From contig CP122380.1 of assembly GCA_024650005.2 (NCBI GenBank), positions 384,001 to 448,000 of the forward strand: DNA of 64,000 nucleotides. Direction: 5' to 3'. The position numbers and the translations under genes are program-made. Origin of the DNA: Candidatus Bathyarchaeum tardum (GTDB taxonomy: Archaea; Thermoproteota; Bathyarchaeia; Bathyarchaeales; Bathyarchaeaceae). How positions within the stretch are numbered: the first letter of the stretch is position 1; every line of letters starts with the position of its first letter. The notes under the pieces are model-generated. The model worked only from the letters and a program-made list of their open reading frames with translations, ran no database searches and was not told the DNA's origin. This document shows, one piece after another, positions 30,313 to 40,970 of this stretch.

Positions 30313-30633
30313 GTGATGACCTCTACCCTTACGGAATCCTTGGCACCAATAGTTTTTCAGCTGGTTCTAGGTGGAGTAGGTGGATTTTTGATAGGTTATG
30401 CCATCAGAAAAGTTCTCAAAATCGCATTAATCGTTGGAGTTGTAGTTTTTTCATTAATATTGCTCGCTTCTGCAAACATAATCAACGTAGACTACACTGG
30501 ACTATCCGAAACAACAACAAACATACTAAACGCCATCAACCCTGCCCTGAGCCTAATAACCCCCCTTCTTGCACATGTTCCGTTCATCGCGAGTTTAGTT
30601 TTTGGTTTTATTCTGGGATTCAAAAGAAACTAA
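30313..30633 (+). CDS. FUN14 family membrane protein
   Basis: L.LGGVGGFLIGYAIRKVLK, IINVDY, FILGFK. Confidence 0.85.
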   Translation: MMTSTLTESLAPIVFQLVLGGVGGFLIGYAIRKVLKIALIVGVVVFSLILLASANIINVDYTGLSETTTNILNAINPALSLITPLLAHVPFIASLVFGFILGFKRN

Positions 30634-31001
30634 ACCGGACTGTCTCTTCTTGTATATTTTTGCATTTCCTGCCAGATTGCTTTAACATCGGAAACGTTTC
30701 CAACTATGGGGTCCATTTTTTTACTGTAAGTATCGATGCGCAAGACACCTTTTTTTCTTAAAACGCCAACTTCTGTGTATTGCATTGTGCTGATGTTTTC
30801 CAGTCTTTCAGAAATTATTCTGTCTTTTTTGAACATGACTCCCCGTCGCCTGTGTAGAAGAATTCGTTGATCCGTTATGTAGAAAAAGAAATTATCGTTA
30901 AGACTTTCAATTTTTCTGCTTTGGAACACTATTGTTTCGTCGGGGTAAAGGAAATCTGAAAGAACCAAGACGCTCGCCTCAATTCTGTTGATTTTTTGCA
31001 T
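30630..31001 (-). CDS. Bacterial-type PH domain protein
   Basis: L.PDE.IVF, YITDQRIL, G..L.KKG.L.I. Confidence 0.65.
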   Translation of the reverse strand: MQKINRIEASVLVLSDFLYPDETIVFQSRKIESLNDNFFFYITDQRILLHRRRGVMFKKDRIISERLENISTMQYTEVGVLRKKGVLRIDTYSKKMDPIVGNVSDVKAIWQEMQKYTRRDSPV

Positions 31002-31249
31002 TCATATTTCTTGTGGTAATTCCTTTTTTGAAAATGCTGTCCTTGAATCTAGCAAATACCTATATTTGAAGTTTGACGGTACTGGTAATGTACAAACGTT
31101 GTTTAAGAACCATTATAAATTCCGTTATAAGACTAAAATATGAATCCTAAAAATACTTATAGATGCTCCCGTGGTTTATCTAAATATAGCATAACTCGAT
31201 TACGTTACTGCATATTACTATAACTTATACAACAAATGTGGAATGAACT

Positions 31250-33073
31250 ATGTGTGGAATATTCGGATGCATCCTAAAAACAGGTGAAGCTGCTCCTTTA
31301 ATTCATGAAGGCTTAAAAAAATTAGAATACAGGGGCTACGACTCAGTTGGTATTGCAACCATTGATGACGGTAACCTATCAATAAAAAAAGACAGCGGAA
31401 AAATTGATGAAGTTCATCAATGGCACAACCTTGACTCTTTACCTGGACGACTTGGCGTAGGTCACACCCGATGGGCAACCCATGGAGCACCTTACAAAGA
31501 GAATGCTCATCCCCACACTGACTGTAAAAACCAAATTGCAGTAGTTCATAACGGAATTATCGAAAATTTTACGGAACTCAAACGTGAACTTGAAGAGAAA
31601 GGGCACACTTTCAGGTCAAAAACTGATACTGAAGTAATTGCGCACCTAGTTGAAGAAAAACTGAAAACGTCTTCATCTCTTGTCGAAGCAGTTCGAGAAG
31701 CAGTGAAAATGTTGGATGGCTCTTATGCGACTGCCATTATATCTACTATTGAGCCTGACAAGATTGTTTGTGCCCGAAAAGAAAGTCCCCTTGTTGTTGG
31801 AGTAGCCGATGACGGTCTTTATGTTGCATCGGATATCCCAGCTTTTCTTTCAAAAACTAACAAATCTTTGATTATTGAAGATGGAGAAATCGTTGTCTTA
31901 AGTGATAAAGGCTACGAAATCCACGTCATCGCAGATTGGAAACCAATAACCCGAAAACCTGAACTTATTGAATGGGAACCCGAAGCAGCCGAAAAACAAG
32001 GATATCCCCATTTTATGCTAAAAGAAATCCATGAACAGCCCCTCCGGTTGCGGGACACTCTTCGCTTACAGGACCAGTATTTGGAATTAATGACCACTTT
32101 TCTTGACCGCGCAGGAGAAGTCTTTTTGGTTGCCTGTGGAACATCATATCATGCTTGTTTGGCTGCCTCTTACTTATTCTCTAAACTGTCCTTTTTGGCG
32201 ACTCACCCTGTAATTGCCTCTGAGTTTGTTGAACAACACGGAAAATCAGTTAACATAGACAGCACTTTGCTGGTTGTTAGTCAATCTGGAGAAACTGCAG
32301 ACACCTTGGAAGCTGTTGAAACCGCAAGATTGCGTGCAGCTACAGTTTTGGGTCTGACAAACATTGTTGGATCTACCCTTACCCGGGTTTCTAGGGTGTA
32401 TATTGTTCAGCAATCTGGTCCAGAAATTGGGGTTGCAGCTACGAAAACCTTCACATCTCAGCTTTCTGTGCTTTCTCAATTGGCTATTCGTCTTGCCAAG
32501 AAGCGGGGAAAAGTTTCTCACACAGAAATAGAGGATCTAGAAGAAAGCCTTGAACGGATACCTGATATTGTTGAAGAAATAATTGTAACGGAAGAACAAA
32601 AAGTAAAACAGTTAGCCAAAAAATATGGAACCAAAAACTGCTTTTTCTTTTTGGGACGGGGCATGGGTTCCGCTGTTGCCCTTGAAGGTAAACTGAAATT
32701 AATGGAGATTTCGTATATTCCTTCTTTGGCTTATCCTGCTGGAGAAAGTAAACACGGACCAATCAGTTTGGTTGAGTCTGGATTTCCAATAGTTTTCATT
32801 TGTCCCCGAGATTCTACTCGTCGAAGCATAATTGGAAACATCATGGAAATGAAATCCCGTGGGGCTTTGATAATTGCAATCATCGAAAAAGGTGACGAAG
32901 AAATCAAAAAACTGGCTGACGATTACATTGAAATCGATACTAGATTGCCTGAAGTCTTGTCACCCATTCCTTTTGTTATTCCGTTGCAGCTTTTTGCGTA
33001 TTATATGTCCCTTGAACGAGGAAACGATCCTGATAAACCCCGGAACTTAGCCAAGTCTGTAACCGTGAAATAA
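31250..33073 (+). CDS. glmS: Glutamine--fructose-6-phosphate aminotransferase
   Basis: MCGIFG, LEYRGYDS, GHTRWATHG, SQSGETADT, VAATKTF, PRNLAKSVTV. Confidence 0.97.
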   Translation: MCGIFGCILKTGEAAPLIHEGLKKLEYRGYDSVGIATIDDGNLSIKKDSGKIDEVHQWHNLDSLPGRLGVGHTRWATHGAPYKENAHPHTDCKNQIAVVHNGIIENFTELKRELEEKGHTFRSKTDTEVIAHLVEEKLKTSSSLVEAVREAVKMLDGSYATAIISTIEPDKIVCARKESPLVVGVADDGLYVASDIPAFLSKTNKSLIIEDGEIVVLSDKGYEIHVIADWKPITRKPELIEWEPEAAEKQGYPHFMLKEIHEQPLRLRDTLRLQDQYLELMTTFLDRAGEVFLVACGTSYHACLAASYLFSKLSFLATHPVIASEFVEQHGKSVNIDSTLLVVSQSGETADTLEAVETARLRAATVLGLTNIVGSTLTRVSRVYIVQQSGPEIGVAATKTFTSQLSVLSQLAIRLAKKRGKVSHTEIEDLEESLERIPDIVEEIIVTEEQKVKQLAKKYGTKNCFFFLGRGMGSAVALEGKLKLMEISYIPSLAYPAGESKHGPISLVESGFPIVFICPRDSTRRSIIGNIMEMKSRGALIIAIIEKGDEEIKKLADDYIEIDTRLPEVLSPIPFVIPLQLFAYYMSLERGNDPDKPRNLAKSVTVK

Positions 33074-33146
33074 ACCAATCTTGTGGTAAAGAAAAAAGTT
33101 CTAAAGTCACAGGTTCATTCTACTTTTTTGGTCTGAAATTTACGGA

Positions 33147-34031
33147 ATGGCATCACTGATGGATAATAATTGCAGGCAACTTTGTCCCGCGCGGATAGTT
33201 TCTCTTTCTCCCAGCAACACCGAGATACTGTTTGCTGTTGGAGCTGGAAACAAAGTTGTTGGAGTGACAGACTACTGTGACCATCCTGCCCAGTTAGAGG
33301 CACAAATCAGAGCAAAAAAAACTTTCAGAGTTGGGGGTTACTGGAACCCTTCTGTGGAAAAGATTTTAGCTTTGGATCCTGATTTAGTTTTAGTTTCCAC
33401 TGCAAAATGTTCCAATAAAACAAACGACTGCAAAACCGAATGCAGCCGTAGTTGTGAAATAACAATAAAAACTGCAAAAGAACTGGAAAGTTTGGGAATT
33501 AATGTTTTGATGTTATCTCCTCACAGTTTGGATGATGTTTTTGATGACATTTTGTTAGTTGGTAACGCTACTGGAAAAAGTTCCCGTGCTCGCAAGATTG
33601 CGAAAGATTTGAGGCAACGGACAAACACAGTTATTGAAGCATCAAAAACAATTGCGGTCAAACCAAAAGTGTACTTTGAAGTTTGGAAAGACCCTTACAT
33701 CAGTGTCAATTCACAAACTTGGATTGGTAACCTGATTAGTTTAGCTGGTGGCGAAAACGTTTTTGGAGATGCCCTTACTGAATGGCCCCTGATTGGTCCA
33801 GATGATGTTGTTAAAGTTAATCCTGATGTGATGTTGTTTCCTGTTATTCCTGATGTTGTACCTTTTTGGGAAAGTTTTGAAGCAGTCCAGAATCGGAAGG
33901 GATGGAAAAATGTGTCTGCAATTAAAAATGAACGCCTTTCTACCGTTTTAAGAGATTGTGTTTCTCGCCCCGGACCTAGACTTGTAGAGTCGTTGGAACA
34001 ACTTTCAAAATTTTTTCATGAAATCTCTTAA
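33147..34031 (+). CDS. BtuF-like cobalamin-binding protein, no signal peptide, Cys-rich insertion
   Basis: RIVSLSPSNTEILFAVGAG..VVGVTDYCD.P, SRPGPRL; insertion KCSNKTNDCKTECSRSC. Confidence 0.85.
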   Translation: MASLMDNNCRQLCPARIVSLSPSNTEILFAVGAGNKVVGVTDYCDHPAQLEAQIRAKKTFRVGGYWNPSVEKILALDPDLVLVSTAKCSNKTNDCKTECSRSCEITIKTAKELESLGINVLMLSPHSLDDVFDDILLVGNATGKSSRARKIAKDLRQRTNTVIEASKTIAVKPKVYFEVWKDPYISVNSQTWIGNLISLAGGENVFGDALTEWPLIGPDDVVKVNPDVMLFPVIPDVVPFWESFEAVQNRKGWKNVSAIKNERLSTVLRDCVSRPGPRLVESLEQLSKFFHEIS

Positions 34032-34079
34032 ATAACTCGTGTTTGTTGTTTTGGGTGTTCATTCGGAGCTTATTTAACC

Positions 34080-34712
34080 TTGAAAGCTGCAGCATTGTTT
34101 TCTGGAGGAAAGGACTCCCTTTATTCTCTTTATATTGCTGAAAAACAAGGAATCAAAGTTGACCATCTAATCACGTTGATTACTACTCTTCCTATTCCTT
34201 CGCCTCATGCAGAAAACATTGAAGCATTAAAAACCATAGCAAAATCCATGGGTAAACAGTTAACAATAGTTGATTTTAAGCAAAAAAACGCTTTCATTGA
34301 AACTCTAAAAAACTTGAACATCGATGCATTAATTGCTGGTGATATCGATGGTGACGATCATTTTCAAGGGCTGAAAGATGTTTGTAGCAAAACTGGTCTA
34401 GAGTTGCTTGAACTAATCTACGGCAGGGATACCACTGAACTTTTTAATGAAATTTTTGGTTTAGGCTTTAAAGCCCTGATTACAGGTGTAGACCTGAACT
34501 ACTTGGGCAAAGAATGGCTTGGATTTGTTATCAGTAAAGAATCAGGTGCCCATTTTCTGGAAAAAATTGGAACTGCAGACCCCTTAGGAGAATATGGTGA
34601 GTTTCATACTTTAGTTCTTGAATGTCCCCTTTATGGAAAATCTTTCAAGGTTACTTCGACAGAAAATATGCTTGAAAATAATATTGCCTTCATTAAGGTT
34701 TCAGTTGAATAG
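34080..34712 (+). CDS. DUF71/Dph6-like ATP pyrophosphatase
   Basis: LFSGGKDS, GDID, DPLGEYGEFHTLV..CPL. Confidence 0.85.
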   Translation: MKAAALFSGGKDSLYSLYIAEKQGIKVDHLITLITTLPIPSPHAENIEALKTIAKSMGKQLTIVDFKQKNAFIETLKNLNIDALIAGDIDGDDHFQGLKDVCSKTGLELLELIYGRDTTELFNEIFGLGFKALITGVDLNYLGKEWLGFVISKESGAHFLEKIGTADPLGEYGEFHTLVLECPLYGKSFKVTSTENMLENNIAFIKVSVE

Positions 34713-34827
34713 CTATTTGTGTACGCTTTAGGTAATTTTTTTTATGTTTCATGTTATCTTTGTCCTTGTTTTTCGTAACTTTTATATACTTTAAGGTTGG
34801 ATTATCCATCCTAAAGGATGTGTAATA

Positions 34828-36012
34828 TTGGATAAAAATATCACATACATCATTGCGATTGTAGCTGTTATCTCATTAATCGTTTCAGCTTTCGGATACA
34901 TTACTTTTGAAGGTCAAATTAGTGACATAAAAACCTCCATAAGTGACCTTGAACTTGCTGTAACAAATAACGACATTTCATCTGTTGAAGACGATGTTAG
35001 CTCAATTCAAAGTCAACTTGCAGACATTCAACAAACAATCGACACTTATCAGAGTGCAATCACTGACTTGGAAACCCAAGTAGGCGAACAACAAGACAAA
35101 ATCGACGAATATCAGCAAACTATTGAAGATCAACAAGCACAACTTGATGAATACAAACAAGTAACTCTAGTTGACGGCTTAGGTAATGTAGTCACTTTAA
35201 CTGAACTCCCAGAACGAATTGTTTCTTTGTCACCTAGTAACACAGAAATCTTGTTTGCTGTGGGCGCGGGCGACAAAGTCGTGGGTGTAACCGATTTCTG
35301 TAACTATCCTTATGATTTCTCCTCTTGGGTTGAAGCAGGTAACATGACCAGTATTGGCAGTTATTATGGTCCTTCTATTGAACCAATTGTTGCATTGAAT
35401 CCTGACTTGGTTTTGGCAAGCACTGGGAGCCTAGATGCCGCAGATTCTTTGAAGAATCTTGGATACAATGTTCTAGTAATTGAAGGTTACACTATTGACG
35501 ATCTTCTTGGTGACATTCTACTAATAGGCAGAGCAGTTGACCAAAACACTGAAGCTGCTGCCCTAGTAAGTGACATGCGCGCAAGAATGGATTCAATTGC
35601 CACACAACTGTTAGCTGCAACTACGACTCCAACAGTTTACCATGAAGTCTGGAACGAACCTCTAATGAGCGTAGGTCCAAACACTTTCATTGATGAACTG
35701 ATCACTCTCGCTGGTGGAGAAAACATCTTCAGTGACGCAACTACTAGTTGGCCGACGGTAAGTTCTGAAGCAATTATTGTAAAGAATCCTGATGTAATGT
35801 TTTTCCCTGACATGTATATGGGGGTCGGAAACTTCTACGAAACCATCGAAGCTGTAGGTAGCCGTCCTGGCTGGGATTCAATCACTGCTGTGAAAAATGA
35901 TGCCTTATACGAAATCAATGCTGACATTATCTCCAGATCTGGTCCAAGACTAATTGACGCTTTAGAGCTTATAGCCAAGATGGTTCATCCCGAAATATTT
36001 GGCGAACTCTAA
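34828..36012 (+). CDS. btuF: Cobalamin ABC transporter substrate-binding protein (TM anchor and coiled-coil stalk)
   Basis: N-terminal TM, heptad-rich linker, PERIVSLSPSNTEILFAVG, SRSGPRL. Confidence 0.88.
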   Translation: MDKNITYIIAIVAVISLIVSAFGYITFEGQISDIKTSISDLELAVTNNDISSVEDDVSSIQSQLADIQQTIDTYQSAITDLETQVGEQQDKIDEYQQTIEDQQAQLDEYKQVTLVDGLGNVVTLTELPERIVSLSPSNTEILFAVGAGDKVVGVTDFCNYPYDFSSWVEAGNMTSIGSYYGPSIEPIVALNPDLVLASTGSLDAADSLKNLGYNVLVIEGYTIDDLLGDILLIGRAVDQNTEAAALVSDMRARMDSIATQLLAATTTPTVYHEVWNEPLMSVGPNTFIDELITLAGGENIFSDATTSWPTVSSEAIIVKNPDVMFFPDMYMGVGNFYETIEAVGSRPGWDSITAVKNDALYEINADIISRSGPRLIDALELIAKMVHPEIFGEL

Positions 36013-36067
36013 AATACCCCTTCTTCTCTTTCTTTTTTATCAAATAAAACATAACTTGTGATTCTTC

Positions 36068-37147
36068 ATGACCGCTGACGCTGAAACCAAGCGTTTACGC
36101 AATGTTTCTCGATGGAAACTATACCTTTTGATTCTGGTGGCTGTGTTTGCTGCTGTTTTCGTGTTATCCCTAAACTTAGGATATGCCCCCATTCCGTTCA
36201 GGGACATTTTGAACATACTAGGCAATCAAGTTCCCTTATTAAACACATTTATAGACGCATCAGGAGTCGACCCAACCTACGCAGTAATAATTAGCCAAAT
36301 TCGTCTTCCCCGAGTAATCTGCGGTGCCCTAGTTGGTGCCGCACTGGCAACTGCTGGAGTAACCTATCAAGGAATTTTCCGAAACCCCATGGCTGACCCG
36401 TACGTAATCGGAGCCTCAACAGGGGCTTCTGTGGGTTCTGCATTAGTATTCGTTTTTGGAATAAATATCGCAATTTTAGGTTTGAACACTCTTCCAGTTT
36501 TTGCTTTTGTTGGTTCTCTTGTAACAGTTCTTATTGTTTATACAATATCCAGAGTCGGTTCAAAGGTTCCAGTTACTACTTTACTTTTGACAGGTATTGC
36601 AATGAGTCTTTTCCAAAACGCCATAGTTACTTATCTGAAAACTGTTGCCGGCGACAGAATCCTTCACGGCCTAACCTTCTGGCTTATTGGTAGTCTTTCA
36701 TCTACTGAAAACTGGGATAAAGTGTATGCAATTCTGCCCTTTATAATCGTTGGATCTGTAATTTGTTACTTGTATTCCCGGGATTTAAACATCCTTGCCC
36801 TAGGAGAAGACCAAGCCCAACATTTGGGAGTTGAAATCGAAAAAGTAAAACGTATTTTACTTGTTGCAGGAGCATTGATGACTGCTGCTGCCGTTTCAAT
36901 TAGTGGTTTAATTGGATTTGTTGGATTGATAATACCTCATGTAACACGAGTGTTGATTGGTCCTGACCACCGTGTTCTTATTCCAACTTCTGCACTTGTA
37001 GGGGCTTCTTTTTTGATGATTTCAGATGCCATTTCCCGAGTAATAATGGGCTCGGGAGAAGCCCCTGTGGGGATAATAACTGCCTTTGCTGGGGCACCAT
37101 TCTTCATATACTTGCTTCGCAGAAAGAATAAAGGATACAAACTATAG
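36068..37147 (+). CDS. btuC: Cobalamin/FecCD ABC transporter permease
   Basis: IRLPRV, QGIFRNPMADPYVIG, LGEDQAQHLGV, GLIGFVGLIIPH. Confidence 0.9.
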   Translation: MTADAETKRLRNVSRWKLYLLILVAVFAAVFVLSLNLGYAPIPFRDILNILGNQVPLLNTFIDASGVDPTYAVIISQIRLPRVICGALVGAALATAGVTYQGIFRNPMADPYVIGASTGASVGSALVFVFGINIAILGLNTLPVFAFVGSLVTVLIVYTISRVGSKVPVTTLLLTGIAMSLFQNAIVTYLKTVAGDRILHGLTFWLIGSLSSTENWDKVYAILPFIIVGSVICYLYSRDLNILALGEDQAQHLGVEIEKVKRILLVAGALMTAAAVSISGLIGFVGLIIPHVTRVLIGPDHRVLIPTSALVGASFLMISDAISRVIMGSGEAPVGIITAFAGAPFFIYLLRRKNKGYKL

Positions 37148-37157
37148 GTGACAAAAC

Positions 37158-38435
37158 TTGGTGACACTGACAATAGACGGCATCGACTGCTCTTATGGAT
37201 CTGTTGAAATACTAAAAAACATTAACTTCAATGTTAAAAGCGGACAGTTTTTAGGAATTCTTGGTCCAAACGGCTCGGGAAAAACAACCCTACTAAAAAG
37301 CATCAGCAAAGTCCTCAAACCAAAAAATGGGGCAATCCTCATTGACGACCAAGACATCTACAAAATGAAAAGCCTCGACCTTGCAAAACAGATGGCAGTT
37401 GTTCCTCAGACTTCACCTGTTTCTTTTGATTTTACTTCCCTTGAAGTTGTTTTGATGGGACGGAACCCGCACATGACCCGATTCAAGATGGAAGGTAAAA
37501 GTGATTTGGACATAGCAAAAAACGCAATGAAACTTACTCGCACTTGGGAGTTTGCTGATCGTCCAATAACTGAACTCAGTGGTGGAGAACGTCAACGCGT
37601 CATTATTGCTCGTGCTCTTACTCAGGAGCCTCAGATTCTTTTGTTAGATGAACCAACGACTCATTTGGACATTAGTAATCAGCTGGAAATAATGGATTTA
37701 ATTAAACACTTAAGTGAAGAAAAAAACATGTTGGTTGTTGCGGTTTTTCATGATTTTAATTTGGCTGCCCGTTACTGTGACTCCATTATCTTGTTGAAAG
37801 CTGGAAAAATTGTAGCAGTTGGTAAAGCTGATGAAACTCTCACAGCTGAGAACGTAAAAGAAGTTTTCAGTGTGGACACATTAGTTAAAAAACATCCAAT
37901 TACTGGACAGCTTCATGTTATCCCCATTTCAAGACCAATAGTCCATAAACAAAAAAGCTCAATTGTTCATCTAATCTCTGGAAGCGGAACTGGAAGTCCA
38001 GTAATGAAAACATTGCTGGATGAAGGCTACCGTATAACTGCTGGAGTTTTGAATCTATTAGATACTGACCAAGAAACCGCCCAGTTATTGTCAATTCCAA
38101 CAACAAACGAAGCACCTTTTTCTCCGATAACCAAGGAAGCTCATGAAGCAAACCTAAAGATGATCACCAAAGCAAACGTTTTAGTGGTAACTCCAACCCA
38201 GTTTGGGGAAGGAAACCTGCGTAACCTTGATGCTGCTGATGTGGCTTTGAAAAAAGGGATACCTACTTTGCTTCTTGAAGATGGTCCTATCAGTGAACGG
38301 GACTTTACTAACGGTAAAGCAACAGAATACTTAGAAAAACTCAAAGCCAGTGGTGCCGTAACTGTGAAAAACGTCAAGGAACTGGTAAGATTTCTTGACA
38401 ACTTGGAAACAAAAAATATACCCTCAAAAGAATAA
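37158..38435 (+). CDS. btuD: Cobalamin ABC transporter ATPase with C-terminal extra domain
   Basis: GPNGSGKTT, LSGGERQR, LDEPTTHLD, HDFNLAARYCD; tail VHLISGSGTG...AGVLN..DTD. Confidence 0.88.
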   Translation: MVTLTIDGIDCSYGSVEILKNINFNVKSGQFLGILGPNGSGKTTLLKSISKVLKPKNGAILIDDQDIYKMKSLDLAKQMAVVPQTSPVSFDFTSLEVVLMGRNPHMTRFKMEGKSDLDIAKNAMKLTRTWEFADRPITELSGGERQRVIIARALTQEPQILLLDEPTTHLDISNQLEIMDLIKHLSEEKNMLVVAVFHDFNLAARYCDSIILLKAGKIVAVGKADETLTAENVKEVFSVDTLVKKHPITGQLHVIPISRPIVHKQKSSIVHLISGSGTGSPVMKTLLDEGYRITAGVLNLLDTDQETAQLLSIPTTNEAPFSPITKEAHEANLKMITKANVLVVTPTQFGEGNLRNLDAADVALKKGIPTLLLEDGPISERDFTNGKATEYLEKLKASGAVTVKNVKELVRFLDNLETKNIPSKE

Positions 38436-38504
38436 AATCCGTTAACGGTTTTCATGAAAATTGAATACTTTTTTATTTTCTCTTGAACCTTTTAGTTACA
38501 CACG

Positions 38505-39596
38505 ATGGTGACGATTTTGAAAGAAAAAGCACCTTTATTTATCCTTCCTTGGCGATGCACTTCTGCATGTACCAACAATTGTTTGCATTGTGGCTTCGCA
38601 AATACCCCTGAACCCCTTGATTCCTTAGGAACTGAAGAAACAAAATGCATCGTAGATAAAATACACGCATTTGGGGCAACATATTTTGGAATAAGTGGCG
38701 GAGAACCTCTTTTGCGAAAAGACCTTCCTGAAATAATTAGTTACGCCAAAGGCACTGGGATGAATGTGAGCATAATAACCAGCGGATATGGACTGGACAA
38801 CAAAATAATGGAAACCCTAGTCAAATATGGCGTTAGAGTTTCTATTAGTGTTGACGGTCCCGAAGAAATTAATGATGCCCTCCGTGGAAAGGGAGCATAC
38901 AAAACCGCCCTTGCAGCCATAGAAAAAATTTCCAAGGCAGGTCTTTTGGATTGTTTGGTTGCCACCTTGGCTAATGCTGATTCAACACATGACAACATCA
39001 GTTCTAATGCAATGGAACACGTCATCAAATTGGCTGAAAAATATGGCGCCCGTTGGGTAGTAATTCATGGTTTTATTCCTTTCAACAAAACAAAAAAACA
39101 TCTTGCACGTGCACCTTCTCCGGAGCAATATGAAAAAATCTGGAACGATGTTTATGACCTTCGCCTAAAATATAACGGAAAACCTGAAGTCAACGTTTAC
39201 TGTCCCTTTTTTGCCCGAATTGCAAAACAACGGGGATTGCCAGACTTTGACAACTGGCTGAACAAGTTTTTCTTGGGTAGATGCTCCATGGCTGGCAAAT
39301 ACATGAGTGTAATCGAAAACGGCGACGTTATTCCATGCAGTTTCAACGACCGCATTAGACTAGGAAACGTTCAAGATAAATCCTTATACCAAATCTGGGA
39401 TGAACTACAAACTTCAGAATTAACTGTGAAACTCAAAGACCGTAGCAACCTCAAAGGCAAATGTGGGGTTTGCGAATACCGCGAAATTTGTGGGGGATGC
39501 AGAACCCGAGCACAAATTTATACAGGGGACTATTTTGGTTCAGACCCTGCCTGTGCTTATGTTCCAAAAGTTTTGCAGGACAAGCAGCAAAAATGA
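38505..39596 (+). CDS. Radical SAM/SPASM protein (NirJ/Ahb/PqqE-like), paralogue 1
   Basis: CTNNCLHC, SGGEPL, PCSF, KCGVCEYREICGGCRTRA...DPAC. Confidence 0.9.
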   Translation: MVTILKEKAPLFILPWRCTSACTNNCLHCGFANTPEPLDSLGTEETKCIVDKIHAFGATYFGISGGEPLLRKDLPEIISYAKGTGMNVSIITSGYGLDNKIMETLVKYGVRVSISVDGPEEINDALRGKGAYKTALAAIEKISKAGLLDCLVATLANADSTHDNISSNAMEHVIKLAEKYGARWVVIHGFIPFNKTKKHLARAPSPEQYEKIWNDVYDLRLKYNGKPEVNVYCPFFARIAKQRGLPDFDNWLNKFFLGRCSMAGKYMSVIENGDVIPCSFNDRIRLGNVQDKSLYQIWDELQTSELTVKLKDRSNLKGKCGVCEYREICGGCRTRAQIYTGDYFGSDPACAYVPKVLQDKQQK

Positions 39597-39879
39597 GTTG
39601 GGATCTGACCTTTCCCTTTTTTTGTTTACTCAATATTTCTTGAGTAAACTGTTGTTAAACAGAGTCTTTTTTTGTCAAGAAATCTTAACAAAAATCCTTT
39701 TATCCATTTCTAATAATAACAATAAAAGCTGGCGCCCCATAATGAATGTTAGATTGTTCCAATCAATCAGCGTTTATTCCGTTTCTTTTTGCATTCCATC
39801 ACCAAGAATGCACGTTGAAACAAATTCAAAATGGGGCACCCTTTTTTTGACAAACTTAAATATATGTGAGGTGCTCTGA

Positions 39880-40950
39880 TTGGATGCGAGTGCACTAAAG
39901 ATGGAAGAACGACCCCTTCTTTACATGATGACTTGGCGCTGTACGCGTGCGTGCAACTATAACTGTTTGTATTGTAGTTTTGGTTCACAACCTTATCCAG
40001 TAAACGAAATCAACACCGAAGGCGGAAAAAAAATTGTTGATGAACTTTATGGGCTGGGCGCAAAATGGTTTGGACTTAGTGGCGGAGAACCCCTAGTACG
40101 CAAAGACATTTTTGAAATTATTGAACACGCAAAAAGCCTTGGAATGAACGTCAGCTTGATTACAAACGGGTATTTCGCCAAAGGTGATATCCTTGATAAA
40201 CTAATCCGAAACGAGGTCATGACTGCAGTAAGCCTTGACGGCACCGAACAAACAAACGACATGACCCGAGGAAAAGGCAGTTATAAAATTGCCGTAGACG
40301 CTATGAAAAACCTCTCTGATGGTGGAGTTTTTGATTGCATTGTTTCTACTCTTAACCGGCGAAACTGCTCAGAAGTTGACCATATTGCCGATTTAGGCTA
40401 CAAATACAATGCAACCCGTGTAGTTTACCATAATTATATACCAGTAGGCAGAGCCGAAGAACACCTTGACTTGGCTCCAACTCCCGAACAATATGAAGAA
40501 ACATGGAACAGGGTCTACGATTTGATGCGACAATACAATAACAAAATGAGCATCAACGTATATTGTCCCTTTTTTGCCCGAATAGCCAAAGAGCGAGGAA
40601 TGCCTGATTTTGATTACTGGTTTGAAAATGTTTTCTTGGGTCAATGTTTCATTGGTGGCAGATACATGGGTCTACTAGAAAACGGTGACATTCGACCGTG
40701 CGGATTCAATGAAGGCTACCGCACTGGTAACATCAAAAACAAGTCCATGAAAGAAATCTGGACAGACATGCAATGTTCAGACTTTACTCTGAAACTCAAA
40801 GACCGTAGCAACCTCAAAGGCAAATGTGGGGTATGTGAATACCGTGACATCTGTGGCGGATGCAGAACCCGCGCGGAAGTTTATACTGGTGATTTATTCG
40901 AATCTGATCCAGCATGCGCTTACATTCCGAAAGTGTTGCGTGAAGAATAA
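39880..40950 (+). CDS. Radical SAM/SPASM protein, paralogue 2
   Basis: CNYNCLYC, SGGEPL, KCGVCEYRDICGGCRTRA...DPAC. Confidence 0.9.
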   Translation: MDASALKMEERPLLYMMTWRCTRACNYNCLYCSFGSQPYPVNEINTEGGKKIVDELYGLGAKWFGLSGGEPLVRKDIFEIIEHAKSLGMNVSLITNGYFAKGDILDKLIRNEVMTAVSLDGTEQTNDMTRGKGSYKIAVDAMKNLSDGGVFDCIVSTLNRRNCSEVDHIADLGYKYNATRVVYHNYIPVGRAEEHLDLAPTPEQYEETWNRVYDLMRQYNNKMSINVYCPFFARIAKERGMPDFDYWFENVFLGQCFIGGRYMGLLENGDIRPCGFNEGYRTGNIKNKSMKEIWTDMQCSDFTLKLKDRSNLKGKCGVCEYRDICGGCRTRAEVYTGDLFESDPACAYIPKVLREE

Positions 40951-40970
40951 CCATTTTTTTTGGGGGTTTC

